NCBI GenBank assembly: GCA_963783575.1
Contig: CAWAOD010000005.1
Coordinates: forward strand, 544,001-608,000
Direction of reading: 5' to 3'
From: an uncultured Spirochaetota bacterium
GTDB lineage: Bacteria; Spirochaetota; Brevinematia; Brevinematales; JAOACQ01
Length of the DNA: 64,000 bases
Shown in pieces: positions 28,126-38,186 of this stretch. The position numbers and the translations under genes were made by a program. Position 1 is the first letter of the stretch, and every line of letters begins with the position of its first letter. The notes under the pieces were generated by a model. The model was not told the DNA's origin and did not search any database. It saw nothing but the letters and a program-made list of their open reading frames with translations.

Positions 28126-28938
28126 ATGGCAATAAAAGGTCAGTGGATAGAATATGAGGATCAGCGCGGCTATTTTGCAATTCCTGAAAAGGCGGCGGAA
28201 TCGCTTCCTGGTATCATTGTAATCCAGGAAATAGGGGGTGTGAATGAACATATTGAAGATGTGACAAGGCGTTTTGCCGCAGCAGGTTATGCGGCCCTCG
28301 CTCCTGATCTTTTCGTGGTCGGTGGTGCCAGACCGGCAGCCCTTACGCCGGAACGGATAAAAAAGGCTATGAATTTTATGAGACAGTTGCCTCCCGCTGC
28401 TTGGGGAAACACTTCGGTAAGAGATACAGAACTTGCAAGACTTCCGGAAATTGACCGGAAAGAGATCAATGAAACATTTGGGCTCTTATTCACCGGACCT
28501 GGGCGGTTGCTGGAATATTTACCCCACCTCAGGAAAGCAGTCCATCATCTAAGGACTGAACAGCCGGAAACAAAGAATCAGAAAGTAGCCTGCGTCGGCT
28601 TCTGCATGGGAGGTGGTCTTTCGGCCCTGCTTGCCTGTGAGGAACCGGAAATTTCAGGCGCCGCCGTCTTCTATGGGAATACTCCTCCTGTTGATAAAAT
28701 TCCATCCATAAACTGCCCGGTAATAGGCTTCTACGGTGCCAATGACCAGCGGGTTAACCCTGGGATTCCAGTTTTTGAAGAAGCAATGCTTAAAGCAGGA
28801 AAGTCTTATGAACACTACATCTATGAAGGAGCAAACCATGCCTTCTTTAATGATGACGGTTATTCATACAATGTCAGGGCTGTCCGGGATTCATTCGTAA
28901 GACTGTTGACTTTCTTTCATAAAACGCTGTCGGATTGA
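28126..28938 (+). CDS. Dienelactone hydrolase family protein
   Basis: IVIQEIGGVN, GFCMGG nucleophile motif, YEGANHAFFND. Confidence 0.92.
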   Translation: MAIKGQWIEYEDQRGYFAIPEKAAESLPGIIVIQEIGGVNEHIEDVTRRFAAAGYAALAPDLFVVGGARPAALTPERIKKAMNFMRQLPPAAWGNTSVRDTELARLPEIDRKEINETFGLLFTGPGRLLEYLPHLRKAVHHLRTEQPETKNQKVACVGFCMGGGLSALLACEEPEISGAAVFYGNTPPVDKIPSINCPVIGFYGANDQRVNPGIPVFEEAMLKAGKSYEHYIYEGANHAFFNDDGYSYNVRAVRDSFVRLLTFFHKTLSD

Positions 28939-28948
28939 GTAAAGTTAG

Positions 28949-30103
28949 ATGGATCGTTACGAATGTCTGATAATGGCCAAACCGGGAGGGCCAAGATGTA
29001 ATATGAGATGTTCTTATTGTTATTACCTGGGCAAAGAGAGTCTCTTTCCAAAAGAACCTATGCTGATGACATATAATCTTCTTGAAAAGTATATAATGGA
29101 GAAGATTGAAGCCTCGCCCGGGCCCAATACCCATTTCGAGTGGCATGGTGGGGAGCCTACACTTCTTGGGTTGGGTTATTTTCGAAAAATCATTCATTTT
29201 CAGCGAAAGTATAAACCTGAAGGATGGACCTTTTCCAATGGCCTGCAGACAAACGGCCTTCTGCTTGATGAAGAATGGGCGGAGTTCCTTGCTCAAGAAA
29301 GTTTTTCAGTGGGGCTAAGTCTTGACGGGCCAGTTGAATTTCATGATAGGTTCAGAAAAACCTCTAATAAAGATCCAACGCAGGCAAAGGTTGTAAAAGC
29401 TTTCCATCTTCTGAAAAAACATAAAGTCTTCTGCAATATACTCTGTGTTCTCAATTCGGCAAATGTTACAGAACCTGATAAGTTATATGATTTCTTCAGG
29501 GAACTGGGTGTTGCTTATATCCAATTCCTGCCCCTAGTCGCACAGGAAAAAGGAGGCGGTGTCAGTGACATTACTGCAAGACCAGAAGTTATAGGGAACT
29601 TTTTGTGCCGGGTTTTTGACCGGTGGATCAGGGAAGATGTAGGCAGGATTGTAATCCAGATAATCGATGAGGCATTGCGTCCTATATATGGAGTTCCTCA
29701 TGCTTTATGTATTCACAGGGAAACCTGTGGAAATGTTGCTGTCCTTGAACATGATGGAAGTTTTTATGCATGTGATCATTTTGTCGATCCGGAGCATTTA
29801 ATCGGAAATCTAAAGGAAAGAAAACTGAGTGATTTGGTAGCCGATCAGGAAATGATCCGTTTTGGAAAAATCAAATGGAATAAACTTCCTCAATATTGCC
29901 TGGAATGCGAGGTACTTTCAATGTGCAACGGGGGCTGTCCCAAAGACCGGATATCTAAAACTACGGATGGACATGATGGGCTGAATTACCTCTGTTCTGC
30001 TTATAAAGCCTATTTTACTCATTCCAGACCTGAACTTATACGTCTGGCGGCCCACATGAAAACCGGTAAACCCCTTAGAGCTTTCAGGGCTTCAATCCAA
30101 TGA
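28949..30103 (+). CDS. Anaerobic sulfatase maturase-like radical SAM/SPASM protein
   Basis: CNMRCSYC, WHGGEPTL, LQTNG, SLDGP; SPASM cysteines (C..RETCG, YACDHFV, C..C...CNGGCPK, NYLC). Confidence 0.9.
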   Translation: MDRYECLIMAKPGGPRCNMRCSYCYYLGKESLFPKEPMLMTYNLLEKYIMEKIEASPGPNTHFEWHGGEPTLLGLGYFRKIIHFQRKYKPEGWTFSNGLQTNGLLLDEEWAEFLAQESFSVGLSLDGPVEFHDRFRKTSNKDPTQAKVVKAFHLLKKHKVFCNILCVLNSANVTEPDKLYDFFRELGVAYIQFLPLVAQEKGGGVSDITARPEVIGNFLCRVFDRWIREDVGRIVIQIIDEALRPIYGVPHALCIHRETCGNVAVLEHDGSFYACDHFVDPEHLIGNLKERKLSDLVADQEMIRFGKIKWNKLPQYCLECEVLSMCNGGCPKDRISKTTDGHDGLNYLCSAYKAYFTHSRPELIRLAAHMKTGKPLRAFRASIQ

Positions 30104-30148
30104 AAAGCGTCACGCTTGCTTTATATTAGTATATTTAAGAGGAGTTAT

Positions 30149-31192
30149 ATGGGAAAAATAATTTTCGGTAAAACCGGATTAAAAGTCAGTAGGATAGCAT
30201 TCGGAGGAATTCCGATTATGCGCCTTTCAGTACCTCAAGCTGTCAAAGTAGTAAAGGAATCATTAGATTTAGGGGTAAATTTCATTGATACGGCGGCTGG
30301 TTATGCAGACAGCGAGGAAAAAATAGGTCTTGCAGTTAAAAACTTTCCAAGGCGAGAGCTTGTAATAGCAACAAAATCACCGGCTGGCGATAAAAAAACC
30401 TTGCTGGAGCATGTCGATAATTCTTTGAAAAGATTGAGAACTGATTATATAGATATTTACCAGCTTCACGGCGTAAGCACCGAAGAAAAATTTAATGATG
30501 TAATGGCAGAGGACGGGGCTTATGAAGGGCTAATGCTTGCAATAAAACAGGGAAAAGTTAGATTTGCCGGGTTCAGTTCTCATACAATGAGTATCGCTAA
30601 AAAATTACTATTAACCGATAAATTTTATTCTATACAGATTCCATATAATTTTATAGACAGACAGGCGGAAGATGAAGTAATACCTCTCGCGAAAAAAAAG
30701 AACCTGGGTATTATAGCAATGAAGCCTTTGGGCGGGGGACTTTTAAACAATGCGAATCTGTGTTTTAAATATCTTTTACAGTTTGAAGGCATTGTCCCTG
30801 ACCCGGGAATTGAAAAACTCGGTGAAATGAAAGAAATAGCCGGCATTGCCGATAAGATGGTTCCGTTATCCAAATCGGAAATTATGGAGATTGAAAGAAT
30901 ACGCAGTGAAGTCGGCAGCATATGGTGCCACAGGTGCGATTACTGCCAGCCATGCCCGGAGGATATTAAAATAAGTACCGTGCTTTCGGTTAAATCATTC
31001 ATTAAAAGGATGCCTTTAGAAAGGGCATTTTCAATGGTTAATAATCAGGTTTTACAGGTTGATAAATGCACGGAATGCAGGAAATGCGTCAGTAAATGCC
31101 CTTATAATATGGATATTCCGGTATTATTGAAACAAAATCAAATATTCTGGAATGAATACGTCGAAAAAAACAGGGCGCCGGATGAAAAGTAA
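30149..31192 (+). CDS. Aldo/keto reductase with C-terminal 4Fe-4S domain
   Basis: FIDTAAGY, SLKRLRTDYIDIYQLH, AMKPLGGG; CHRCDYCQPCP and CTECRKCVSKCP. Start ATG 30149 after AGGAG. Confidence 0.92.
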   Translation: MGKIIFGKTGLKVSRIAFGGIPIMRLSVPQAVKVVKESLDLGVNFIDTAAGYADSEEKIGLAVKNFPRRELVIATKSPAGDKKTLLEHVDNSLKRLRTDYIDIYQLHGVSTEEKFNDVMAEDGAYEGLMLAIKQGKVRFAGFSSHTMSIAKKLLLTDKFYSIQIPYNFIDRQAEDEVIPLAKKKNLGIIAMKPLGGGLLNNANLCFKYLLQFEGIVPDPGIEKLGEMKEIAGIADKMVPLSKSEIMEIERIRSEVGSIWCHRCDYCQPCPEDIKISTVLSVKSFIKRMPLERAFSMVNNQVLQVDKCTECRKCVSKCPYNMDIPVLLKQNQIFWNEYVEKNRAPDEK

Positions 31193-31234
31193 ATTATTTC
31201 ATTATATGTTAGAGACTAATGATAGGAGGATCCT

Positions 31235-31939
31235 GTGATTGGTAAAAGTGCAAAAAAAGTAACTCAAAACAAATCTGTGGCCGGTTCTACAATAAATCAA
31301 CCGCCGATAGAGCTATTGAAACCCAAATTCTATAAAGAAAAATCGGTTTTAAGGGCATTTCAGAAAAGAAAAACTATCCGTGAAATAAGCGATAAAAATA
31401 TTTCCCTGCAAATGCTTTCAAATCTTTTGTGGGCTGCAAATGGAGTGAACCGCAAAAAAGGCCCGTTTGGAATTGCCGGAAGAACCGCTGCCTCTGCAAG
31501 TAATTCCCAGGAAATCGATATTTATGTTGCCATTAATACCGGAACATATTTTTACAATGCATTTAAAAACAGGCTGGAGCCGGTAACCGATGAGGACTTG
31601 CGATCTCTGGCAATCGGCCAGGGCCAAGTGAATTTTGGAGATAAGGCCCCGGTTCGTTTCATTTATGTCGCGGATGTTTACAAACTTTCACATACTTCCG
31701 GTTATCAGGAACCCGGACTTCAGAATCCGGAGGTACAAAAATCATATTATTATGTTGATACAGGCCTGATTGCGGGTAATGTATATTTATTTACCGCATC
31801 CGTTAGTCTGGCATCCTGGTTCCATAACTGCAATAGGACAGCCCTTGAGGCAAAACTAAAATTACGTGCCGATCAACGTGTACTCTTCGGACAGACAATC
31901 GGATACCCTGCTAAACAATCTCTGACAGGTAAGTTATGA
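31235..31939 (+). CDS. Nitroreductase family protein (SagB/ThcOx-like)
   Basis: KRKTIRE, LSNLLWAANG, RTAASA.N.Q, DTGLIAGNVYL motifs. Confidence 0.85.
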   Translation: MIGKSAKKVTQNKSVAGSTINQPPIELLKPKFYKEKSVLRAFQKRKTIREISDKNISLQMLSNLLWAANGVNRKKGPFGIAGRTAASASNSQEIDIYVAINTGTYFYNAFKNRLEPVTDEDLRSLAIGQGQVNFGDKAPVRFIYVADVYKLSHTSGYQEPGLQNPEVQKSYYYVDTGLIAGNVYLFTASVSLASWFHNCNRTALEAKLKLRADQRVLFGQTIGYPAKQSLTGKL

Positions 31940-32835
31940 AAATATCAGTTTGTTCCATTTTATTTATGATTATCACACCTTTAATGCTCTTATCGAAACC
32001 CCTTCAATTCGGAACTTTACCTTCTGAATCGGCTATTCCAATAATAATTGCCGGGGAAAAGGGCTTTTTTAAAAATGTGGGCGTTGATATTAATCTTGTA
32101 CCTTTCAACTCTCCCGATGACCGTAATATCGCCGTACAGGCAGGGAAAATTGACGGTATTATCGCGGATGTTATGACTTCCCTGACTTTCATTGAGGCCG
32201 GTTTCCCAATGAAAGTCACATCAGACATAAACGAAGACTTCAAACTGCTGACATCGCCGAAATCCGGTATCGACACTTTTCAAAAACTGAATAATAAAGA
32301 TATTTCTATAGTTCCCAACTATGTGCTGGAATACATTATGGATAAAATGGCACAAAAAAATAATATAACTTACAAAATTGTAACAATTCCCTCAATTTCT
32401 GCCCGGTTTGAAGCCCTGCTGGCCGATAAAATCAGCGCTGTAGTTTTCACCGAACCCCAGGCAACGCTTCTGGCTTCAAGGGGAGCAAAGGTTCTCGCAT
32501 CCGCCCGGGAGTATGGCTTGAAGGCCGGTGCAATCCTGTTCAATGATAAAATCCTGGTTTCAAGGCCGGATGCAATAAAGGCTTTTTACAAAGCTTATAA
32601 TAAAGCTGTAGAGTACATTGTTAAAACCAATGCGGCGGAATACGGGGGAATTCTGAAAAAATACGGTTTCCCCGATGCTGTTACAAACTATCTAAGCTTG
32701 ACCTCCGCATATAATAAGGCCGGTAAAATCACAGACGAATCATATAAAAGTGTACTGGAATGGTCAAAGTCAAAAGGTCTGATAAAAAAGGATTATAAGT
32801 TTCAAGACATTAGTAATTACAAATTCATTGAATGA
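31936..32835 (+). CDS. ABC transporter substrate-binding protein (NitT/TauT/SsuA-like)
   Basis: Signal peptide; PIIIAGEKGFF, AVQAGKIDG, EPQATL; upstream of TauB/TauC-like genes. Confidence 0.85.
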   Translation: MKISVCSILFMIITPLMLLSKPLQFGTLPSESAIPIIIAGEKGFFKNVGVDINLVPFNSPDDRNIAVQAGKIDGIIADVMTSLTFIEAGFPMKVTSDINEDFKLLTSPKSGIDTFQKLNNKDISIVPNYVLEYIMDKMAQKNNITYKIVTIPSISARFEALLADKISAVVFTEPQATLLASRGAKVLASAREYGLKAGAILFNDKILVSRPDAIKAFYKAYNKAVEYIVKTNAAEYGGILKKYGFPDAVTNYLSLTSAYNKAGKITDESYKSVLEWSKSKGLIKKDYKFQDISNYKFIE

Positions 32836-32859
32836 TTTTGATGAAGGATATTTATAATA

Positions 32860-33594
32860 ATGATAAATGTCGAGGGATTAAAGGTTAAATACGGCAGTGA
32901 AACTGCATTGAATGATATTGATTTATACATTCCGAAAAACACAACCTGCGCTGTTATAGGGCCTTCAGGATGTGGAAAAACCTCTTTGGTCTATGCTCTT
33001 GCCGGGCTTATAAAACCTTCGGAAGGCTTTGTCCGGATCAATAATAAACCATTAACCGGTATACGAAAAGAGACCGGGATTATTCTTCAGAATTTCGGGC
33101 TCCTGCCATGGAAAACCGTCTGGAATAATGTTTCGCTTGGTTTATCCTCAAGGAAACTAAATAAATCAGCAGTAAAATCAAAAGTCGATTCCATACTGAA
33201 AGACCTTGGTATTCCGGAGCTTAAGCACAAATTTCCCGCACAGTTAAGCGGAGGACAGAAACAGCGTACGTCCATTGCCAGAACACTCGTGGCCGGGCCG
33301 GATATTCTGCTTATGGATGAGGCCTCTTCGGCGCTTGATGCCATAACGAAAGAACATATTCAGGACCTAGTCCTCGATATTTATAGAAAGAGTCCGATTA
33401 CGCTTGTCATCGTGACGCATAATATCGAAGAAGCTGTTTTTTTAGGCCAAAAAATTGCCGTAATGGGAAAGGCAATGATCAGGCGTATTATGGATAATCC
33501 CTGTTTTGGGATTGAAAATATAAGATTTAAACACGATTATCATAACATGTGCCTTGAAGTTAGGAAGTGTCTTCAGGAAGGAAACATCTTATGA
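32860..33594 (+). CDS. ABC transporter ATP-binding protein (NitT/TauT family)
   Basis: GPSGCGKT, LLPWKTV, LSGGQKQR, SALDAITK, VTHNIEEAVFLG. Confidence 0.92.
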   Translation: MINVEGLKVKYGSETALNDIDLYIPKNTTCAVIGPSGCGKTSLVYALAGLIKPSEGFVRINNKPLTGIRKETGIILQNFGLLPWKTVWNNVSLGLSSRKLNKSAVKSKVDSILKDLGIPELKHKFPAQLSGGQKQRTSIARTLVAGPDILLMDEASSALDAITKEHIQDLVLDIYRKSPITLVIVTHNIEEAVFLGQKIAVMGKAMIRRIMDNPCFGIENIRFKHDYHNMCLEVRKCLQEGNIL

Positions 33595-34361
33595 AACTGC
33601 TTAAAAGAATAATATTAAACAAAACGCTGTTTGGTGCGCTGATTGTCATCCTATTCTGGCTTATCCTGCATATTTTTGTAAATTCAAGAATAATCCCCGG
33701 TATATTTGAAACAGCGGCTGCCTTTTTTAAGCTAATGAGCGGAAACCTGATTATCCATATTTCCGCCAGTCTTTTAAGGATTATTCTGGCAGTTGTGATT
33801 TCGATTTTTATTGGAGTACCGCTTGGTTTATGGACTGGAACAAATAAAAATGCCGATTCTGTAATATCTCCGGTGGCATATATCCTTTATCCAATTCCGA
33901 AAATAGCCTTTCTTCCCGTTTTAATACTGCTTTTGGGTCTCGGGGAAAGTTCAAAGATTATTTTGATTATAACAATTATTGTTTTCCCGATACTTCTGGC
34001 TGCAAGGGATGGAGTCAGGGAAATACCTCTTGAGCTGTTTTATTCTGTAAAATCGCTCGGATTAAATGACCGGCAGATTTATTCAAACTTAGTCTTTCCT
34101 GCCGTCCTCCCGAAAATCTTATCATCCCTAAGGATTAGTATAGGGATAGGTATTTCTGTTTTGTTTTTTGCGGAAAATTACGCAACGTCATATGGAATAG
34201 GATATTTTATTATGAGAAGCTGGACGGCGATGAACTATGTCGAAATGTTTGCGGGGATCCTGGCCCTGAGCCTTACAGGAATGATGATTTTCCGGCTAAT
34301 GGACCTTCTGGAAAGAAAACTCTGCCCATGGATTTTCATTATTGATCAAGTAGATGAATAG
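33591..34361 (+). CDS. ABC transporter permease (NitT/TauT family)
   Basis: SLLRI, YPIPKIAFLP, AVLPKILSSLR, AENY...GIGY; ATG 33591 overlaps ATPase stop. Confidence 0.9.
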   Translation: MKLLKRIILNKTLFGALIVILFWLILHIFVNSRIIPGIFETAAAFFKLMSGNLIIHISASLLRIILAVVISIFIGVPLGLWTGTNKNADSVISPVAYILYPIPKIAFLPVLILLLGLGESSKIILIITIIVFPILLAARDGVREIPLELFYSVKSLGLNDRQIYSNLVFPAVLPKILSSLRISIGIGISVLFFAENYATSYGIGYFIMRSWTAMNYVEMFAGILALSLTGMMIFRLMDLLERKLCPWIFIIDQVDE

Positions 34362-34441
34362 ACGAACTCTTGTTATTTTTAAAAATTGTGCCCCTTTGGT
34401 TTGACCGGGCTCATAACCGCGGCATGCTTGTGAAGGCCTTC

Positions 34442-35185
34442 TTATTCCAGTATGTCAATGAATTTATCCATATCATAACTTAATAATATACCTTCTCTGG
34501 ATAATTTCATAGGGTCTTTCAATCTGGTGTTAAAGCCTCCATTTGTTGTAAAAGCCAGCTTAAATCCAAGTTCTTTAAGCCATTCTTTTATTTTGTCCGT
34601 TGCAATTCCAAATGGATAAGCAAAGGCTCCTCTGGAGCCGGTAAATAACTCACATTCTTTAATATCTTCAATAAAAGTTTTTCTATCAACCTTTTGCAGT
34701 GCTGTAAACCCGTTTTTCCTGGTATGAAGGGCTTTTGAATGATTGGCACATTCAAAGACATCATTCATTTCAGAAAGTTCTTCCGTTGATAAACATATTG
34801 ACTCTTCAGTCGAATATTGTACTGGTTCGTCGAAAAGCCAGTCCAATACTACAAAACCGACAGCGTTAAAACTATATTTTTTCAATACCGGATAGGCATA
34901 AATCATTACGGATTTATACATATCGTCAAATGTTATCAATACAGATTTTTCCGGGAGTCCCTTACCTTTGTAATAGAAATCTACAATATTTTCAAGTTTT
35001 AAAGTAATGTAACCGTTTTTGTATAAATAATCCACCTGTTTTTCAAACTCTTCTAAAAACACAAAAAGTGTTTTAGGTAGTATATCTGTATAATTCTGTT
35101 TAACTTTTATATTTGAAACATTATCGGCATTCCAGTCTACACGTTTAATAATTTCATGATACATCAGGGTATGAAAACCTTCCAA
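34442..35185 (-). CDS. Polysaccharide deacetylase family protein (NodB-type)
   Basis: LMYH, LITFDD, NHS..H, FAYPFG, GFKLAFTT. Confidence 0.88.
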   Translation of the reverse strand: MEGFHTLMYHEIIKRVDWNADNVSNIKVKQNYTDILPKTLFVFLEEFEKQVDYLYKNGYITLKLENIVDFYYKGKGLPEKSVLITFDDMYKSVMIYAYPVLKKYSFNAVGFVVLDWLFDEPVQYSTEESICLSTEELSEMNDVFECANHSKALHTRKNGFTALQKVDRKTFIEDIKECELFTGSRGAFAYPFGIATDKIKEWLKELGFKLAFTTNGGFNTRLKDPMKLSREGILLSYDMDKFIDILE

Positions 35186-35264
35186 TTATTTCTCCCTAAA
35201 AAACTTTCAGCTTTTTTTGGATAAGCTTATATTATAATAAATCCTGCTGAAATAGTCATTTCTT

Positions 35265-36743
35265 TCAATCAGGGTTCTTCAGGGTCTGGTTTAATATTTG
35301 TTTGATAATAAGATACAAAATGGTGACACATACTATTAATAAATTTAACCAGCAAAACCAATTCCCGTATTTTGAATAAAATGTATTTATTTTTTTTACC
35401 CGGAATCCGGCCGTTAAAAAATTTTCATTGTTATCTATTTTAAATGTGCTCTCTTTTACAATCCGTCCATAAGGATCGCTGATTGTCTGATCCCCTTCTC
35501 TGGCTGATCTTATTACGGTAAAACCGTTTTCCACTCCTCTCATAACAGCCATTCTTGAATGCTGCCAGTTATCAATTTGAAAATCCCAGGCCGGAACAAG
35601 TAAGATATCTGCGGTTGAATACTTCCTTATCCAGCCCGGAAAATCCATATCTTTACAAATGGCCACACCCAGTTTCAATTTTTTGTAATCAAAAATCAAA
35701 ATACTGTTTCCTCTTCCGAAAGTCCTTTCCCAACCGCCGACCAGGTATTTTTTTTGATATTCAAAAAAGGTTTCGTCATTTGGTAAAAATACCGATGCTA
35801 TATTTTTATCCGGATTATTTTTTATCTTCCATCCGGCAACGATAAGGCAATTATTTTTAACGGTAAGAGCTGAGAAATTACTGTAATAAGCAGTTTTTTC
35901 ATCCTGTTTTAATTCTGTAATTTTTTCCGGCAGCAATATGCAGTCTAAATTCTGAGAATTACTTTTATCAATTAATTCGTCATACATATGTATAACAAGA
36001 TCCCTGTTTTTCGGGTTGTTAATGTTTGAATGAGCCGGTAAGTGTTCGACATCAAGGCAAAGCACATTAAAATATCTTAAATTTTGGTCTTCGTTGTTAA
36101 CATTTTCTCTAATATTTGCGATCCTGAGAATACCGAATATAAAAATAATTATAAGGATTACTGAAGGAAAAATTAGGTCAGAAAACCTTATTTTTTGATC
36201 CTTTAAAGTTAATAAAAATGCCGATAATGATGCAAATAAAGATATTGTAAATGTGATTCCATAAATTCCGGTTATTGAAGCAATCTGGATTAAAATAACA
36301 TTATTTGCCTGAGTATATGCCAGGCTTCCCCAGGTTCCATCCGGAAATGTTATACTCATAATAAATTCAACGACCATCGTTAAGACCGGAAAGATCAAAA
36401 TTCTCAGTGGATTTTTTATTTTTGAGATTAAAATCTTGTTTAACAGAAAGATACAGGCAAAAATTAAAGCCCAAAAGAAAATCATAATTACAGCGATAGC
36501 AGGAAAGAAAATCTGGTTACTCAAGAAGAAAAAAATATTTATCTTTGACAGCACGATGGCAATTAAAGCTGCAAAAAAAGCCGCAGCTTTTGTATTATAA
36601 AAACCATAGATCAAAAGTGGAACAGGTGCAATCCAGAGTAAAAACCAATAATCTCCGCTTAAGCCGGTTGAAAAATAATACAATGCTGCTGAAAAGAGAA
36701 TCACCGGGATAATAGAATACTTTTTCAGGAAAAAATGGCTCAT
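35265..36743 (-). CDS. Apolipoprotein N-acyltransferase-like nitrilase-superfamily membrane protein
   Basis: N-terminal TMs (WIAPVPLL, WGSLAYTQ, QIASITGIYG); E-K-C triad motifs LPEK, KKYLV, ICKD; RGVENG. Confidence 0.82.
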   Translation of the reverse strand: MSHFFLKKYSIIPVILFSAALYYFSTGLSGDYWFLLWIAPVPLLIYGFYNTKAAAFFAALIAIVLSKINIFFFLSNQIFFPAIAVIMIFFWALIFACIFLLNKILISKIKNPLRILIFPVLTMVVEFIMSITFPDGTWGSLAYTQANNVILIQIASITGIYGITFTISLFASLSAFLLTLKDQKIRFSDLIFPSVILIIIFIFGILRIANIRENVNNEDQNLRYFNVLCLDVEHLPAHSNINNPKNRDLVIHMYDELIDKSNSQNLDCILLPEKITELKQDEKTAYYSNFSALTVKNNCLIVAGWKIKNNPDKNIASVFLPNDETFFEYQKKYLVGGWERTFGRGNSILIFDYKKLKLGVAICKDMDFPGWIRKYSTADILLVPAWDFQIDNWQHSRMAVMRGVENGFTVIRSAREGDQTISDPYGRIVKESTFKIDNNENFLTAGFRVKKINTFYSKYGNWFCWLNLLIVCVTILYLIIKQILNQTLKNPD

Positions 36744-36760
36744 TTTAAATCCTCCTGGTT

Positions 36761-37627
36761 TTATTTAATCGGAATATAAATATCCACTTCCGGCTCAGGC
36801 AGATTAATTCGTTTATCTTCATAAACTTCGAGGTCCTCAGCATTGCCCCTTTCATAACCGGATTTATTAAACCATTCACCGTATATGTAGCGGGTTACTT
36901 CATGTATCTTATCCGGGATTTTTCCCTTAGCTGTAAAAACGGCATAACTGCCGGCCTGTATAACTTTACCTGTCATTCCCTTCGGGATATTTTCCAGTGA
37001 TGTTACTTCATTGGCCGCAATATATTTAAAACTGCCGTCCGGGTTAATGTCCGTACAAATGCCATAAAACTTTCTTTGATCAACCTTGTTTGGAATTTTC
37101 TCCCAATATTTGAGTTTAATACATTTTTCCCAGAATTTTGGTATCTGGATAGAGTTCTGCCCGTTTTCCAGGGTAGACCGGATGCCCGGACCAATAACCA
37201 TAAAAGATTCTTTGTTAATTATCATTGGCTCCATAAATATCCCTCCGACATAAAATGATAATTTCCCATCAGGAAAGATTTTTCTATCGTATAATTTCAA
37301 TCTTTCCCTGTTTTTGCGGCATTGACCCGGAGTGATGCCATAGAACTTTTTAAATGCACGGGAAAAAGCCTCCTGTGACTCGAACCTATATAAAAAAGCG
37401 ATTTGAATAATGCGTTCATCGGTAAAAATAAGTTTTTGCGCAGCAGCGGACAGCCGTCTTTTCCGGATATATCCCATAACCGAATCGCCGACCATTATTT
37501 GGAATATCCTATGAAAATGATAAATGGAAAGATGACCCTCACGGGCAACATTCTCAACGGTAATTTTTTCAGTTAGGTTATTCTCAATAAAATCTATAGC
37601 TTTACCGATTTTGTCCAGGTAATACAA
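36761..37627 (-). CDS. AraC family regulator with C-terminal GyrI-like effector domain
   Basis: SIYHFHRIF, FESQEAFSRAFKK HTH; C-terminal GSYAVF, IYGEWF, IYIPIK; TTG start after GGAGG. Confidence 0.92.
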   Translation of the reverse strand: MYYLDKIGKAIDFIENNLTEKITVENVAREGHLSIYHFHRIFQIMVGDSVMGYIRKRRLSAAAQKLIFTDERIIQIAFLYRFESQEAFSRAFKKFYGITPGQCRKNRERLKLYDRKIFPDGKLSFYVGGIFMEPMIINKESFMVIGPGIRSTLENGQNSIQIPKFWEKCIKLKYWEKIPNKVDQRKFYGICTDINPDGSFKYIAANEVTSLENIPKGMTGKVIQAGSYAVFTAKGKIPDKIHEVTRYIYGEWFNKSGYERGNAEDLEVYEDKRINLPEPEVDIYIPIK

Positions 37628-37834
37628 GGCTTATACCTCCAGGATTTGTTTCAACAAAGAGGAATATTATAACATATTATAATTAATTTTTTATGACAGG
37701 AATTGCTATTTTTTTTCTATTTTCTTCAATTTGATATTTTTTCAAAGAACAAATAATTTGAAAGATACTTTTGTACAAATTTTATAAAAAGATGCAGATC
37801 CATAAAAACAATTGATTTTTATTTATGTTTTTGA

Positions 37835-37942
37835 TATGCTTTAAAAAGAGCAGAAAAACTTGTGGGTATTCATATGGCTCTTGATTATTTGATGCCTAAT
37901 ATGGATGGCAGAATCTGTAGTGAATTTTTAAGATTACGGTAA
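37835..37942 (+). pseudogene. Remnant of a response-regulator receiver domain
   Basis: Hand translation YALKRAEKLVGIHMALDYLMPNMDGRICSEFLRLR* contains the LDxxMPxMDG motif but not the rest of the domain. Confidence 0.5.
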
Positions 37943-38054
37943 AGATCTGGAGTTTAAATTTTAAAGAGGAGGCATAATAGATGTATAGACTTCCCGGAAA
38001 AACCGGGGTGGTAGGTTATTACTCCCGGCTAATTGAATGGTCATTATGGTACTT

Positions 38055-38186
38055 ATGAAACTGAATAATAAGATTGCCATTGTCACCGGCGGCGGAAGAG
38101 GTGTTGGGAAAGCTATCGCCGAAGCATTTGTTGCTGGCAACTGTAATTGTAACTGCCGCCCGCCAGACAAAAGGTCTCATTTATAA
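38055..38186 (+). pseudogene. Truncated SDR oxidoreductase N-terminus
   Basis: MKLNNKIAIVTGGGRGVGKAIAEAFV (TGxxxGxG), with ATVIVTAAR in a shifted frame; ends at the 3' end of the ABC cassette. Confidence 0.75.

Noticed and set aside
28949..30103. This radical SAM as the missing ArsS of the 49-61 kb cluster
   Set aside because: Motifs and SPASM domain are those of sulfatase maturases, and it lies about 19 kb away in a different unit.
28949..31939. RiPP cluster (radical SAM/SPASM + SagB-like dehydrogenase)
   Set aside because: No precursor peptide, YcaO or peptidase exporter seen; the rSAM has anSME-type motifs.
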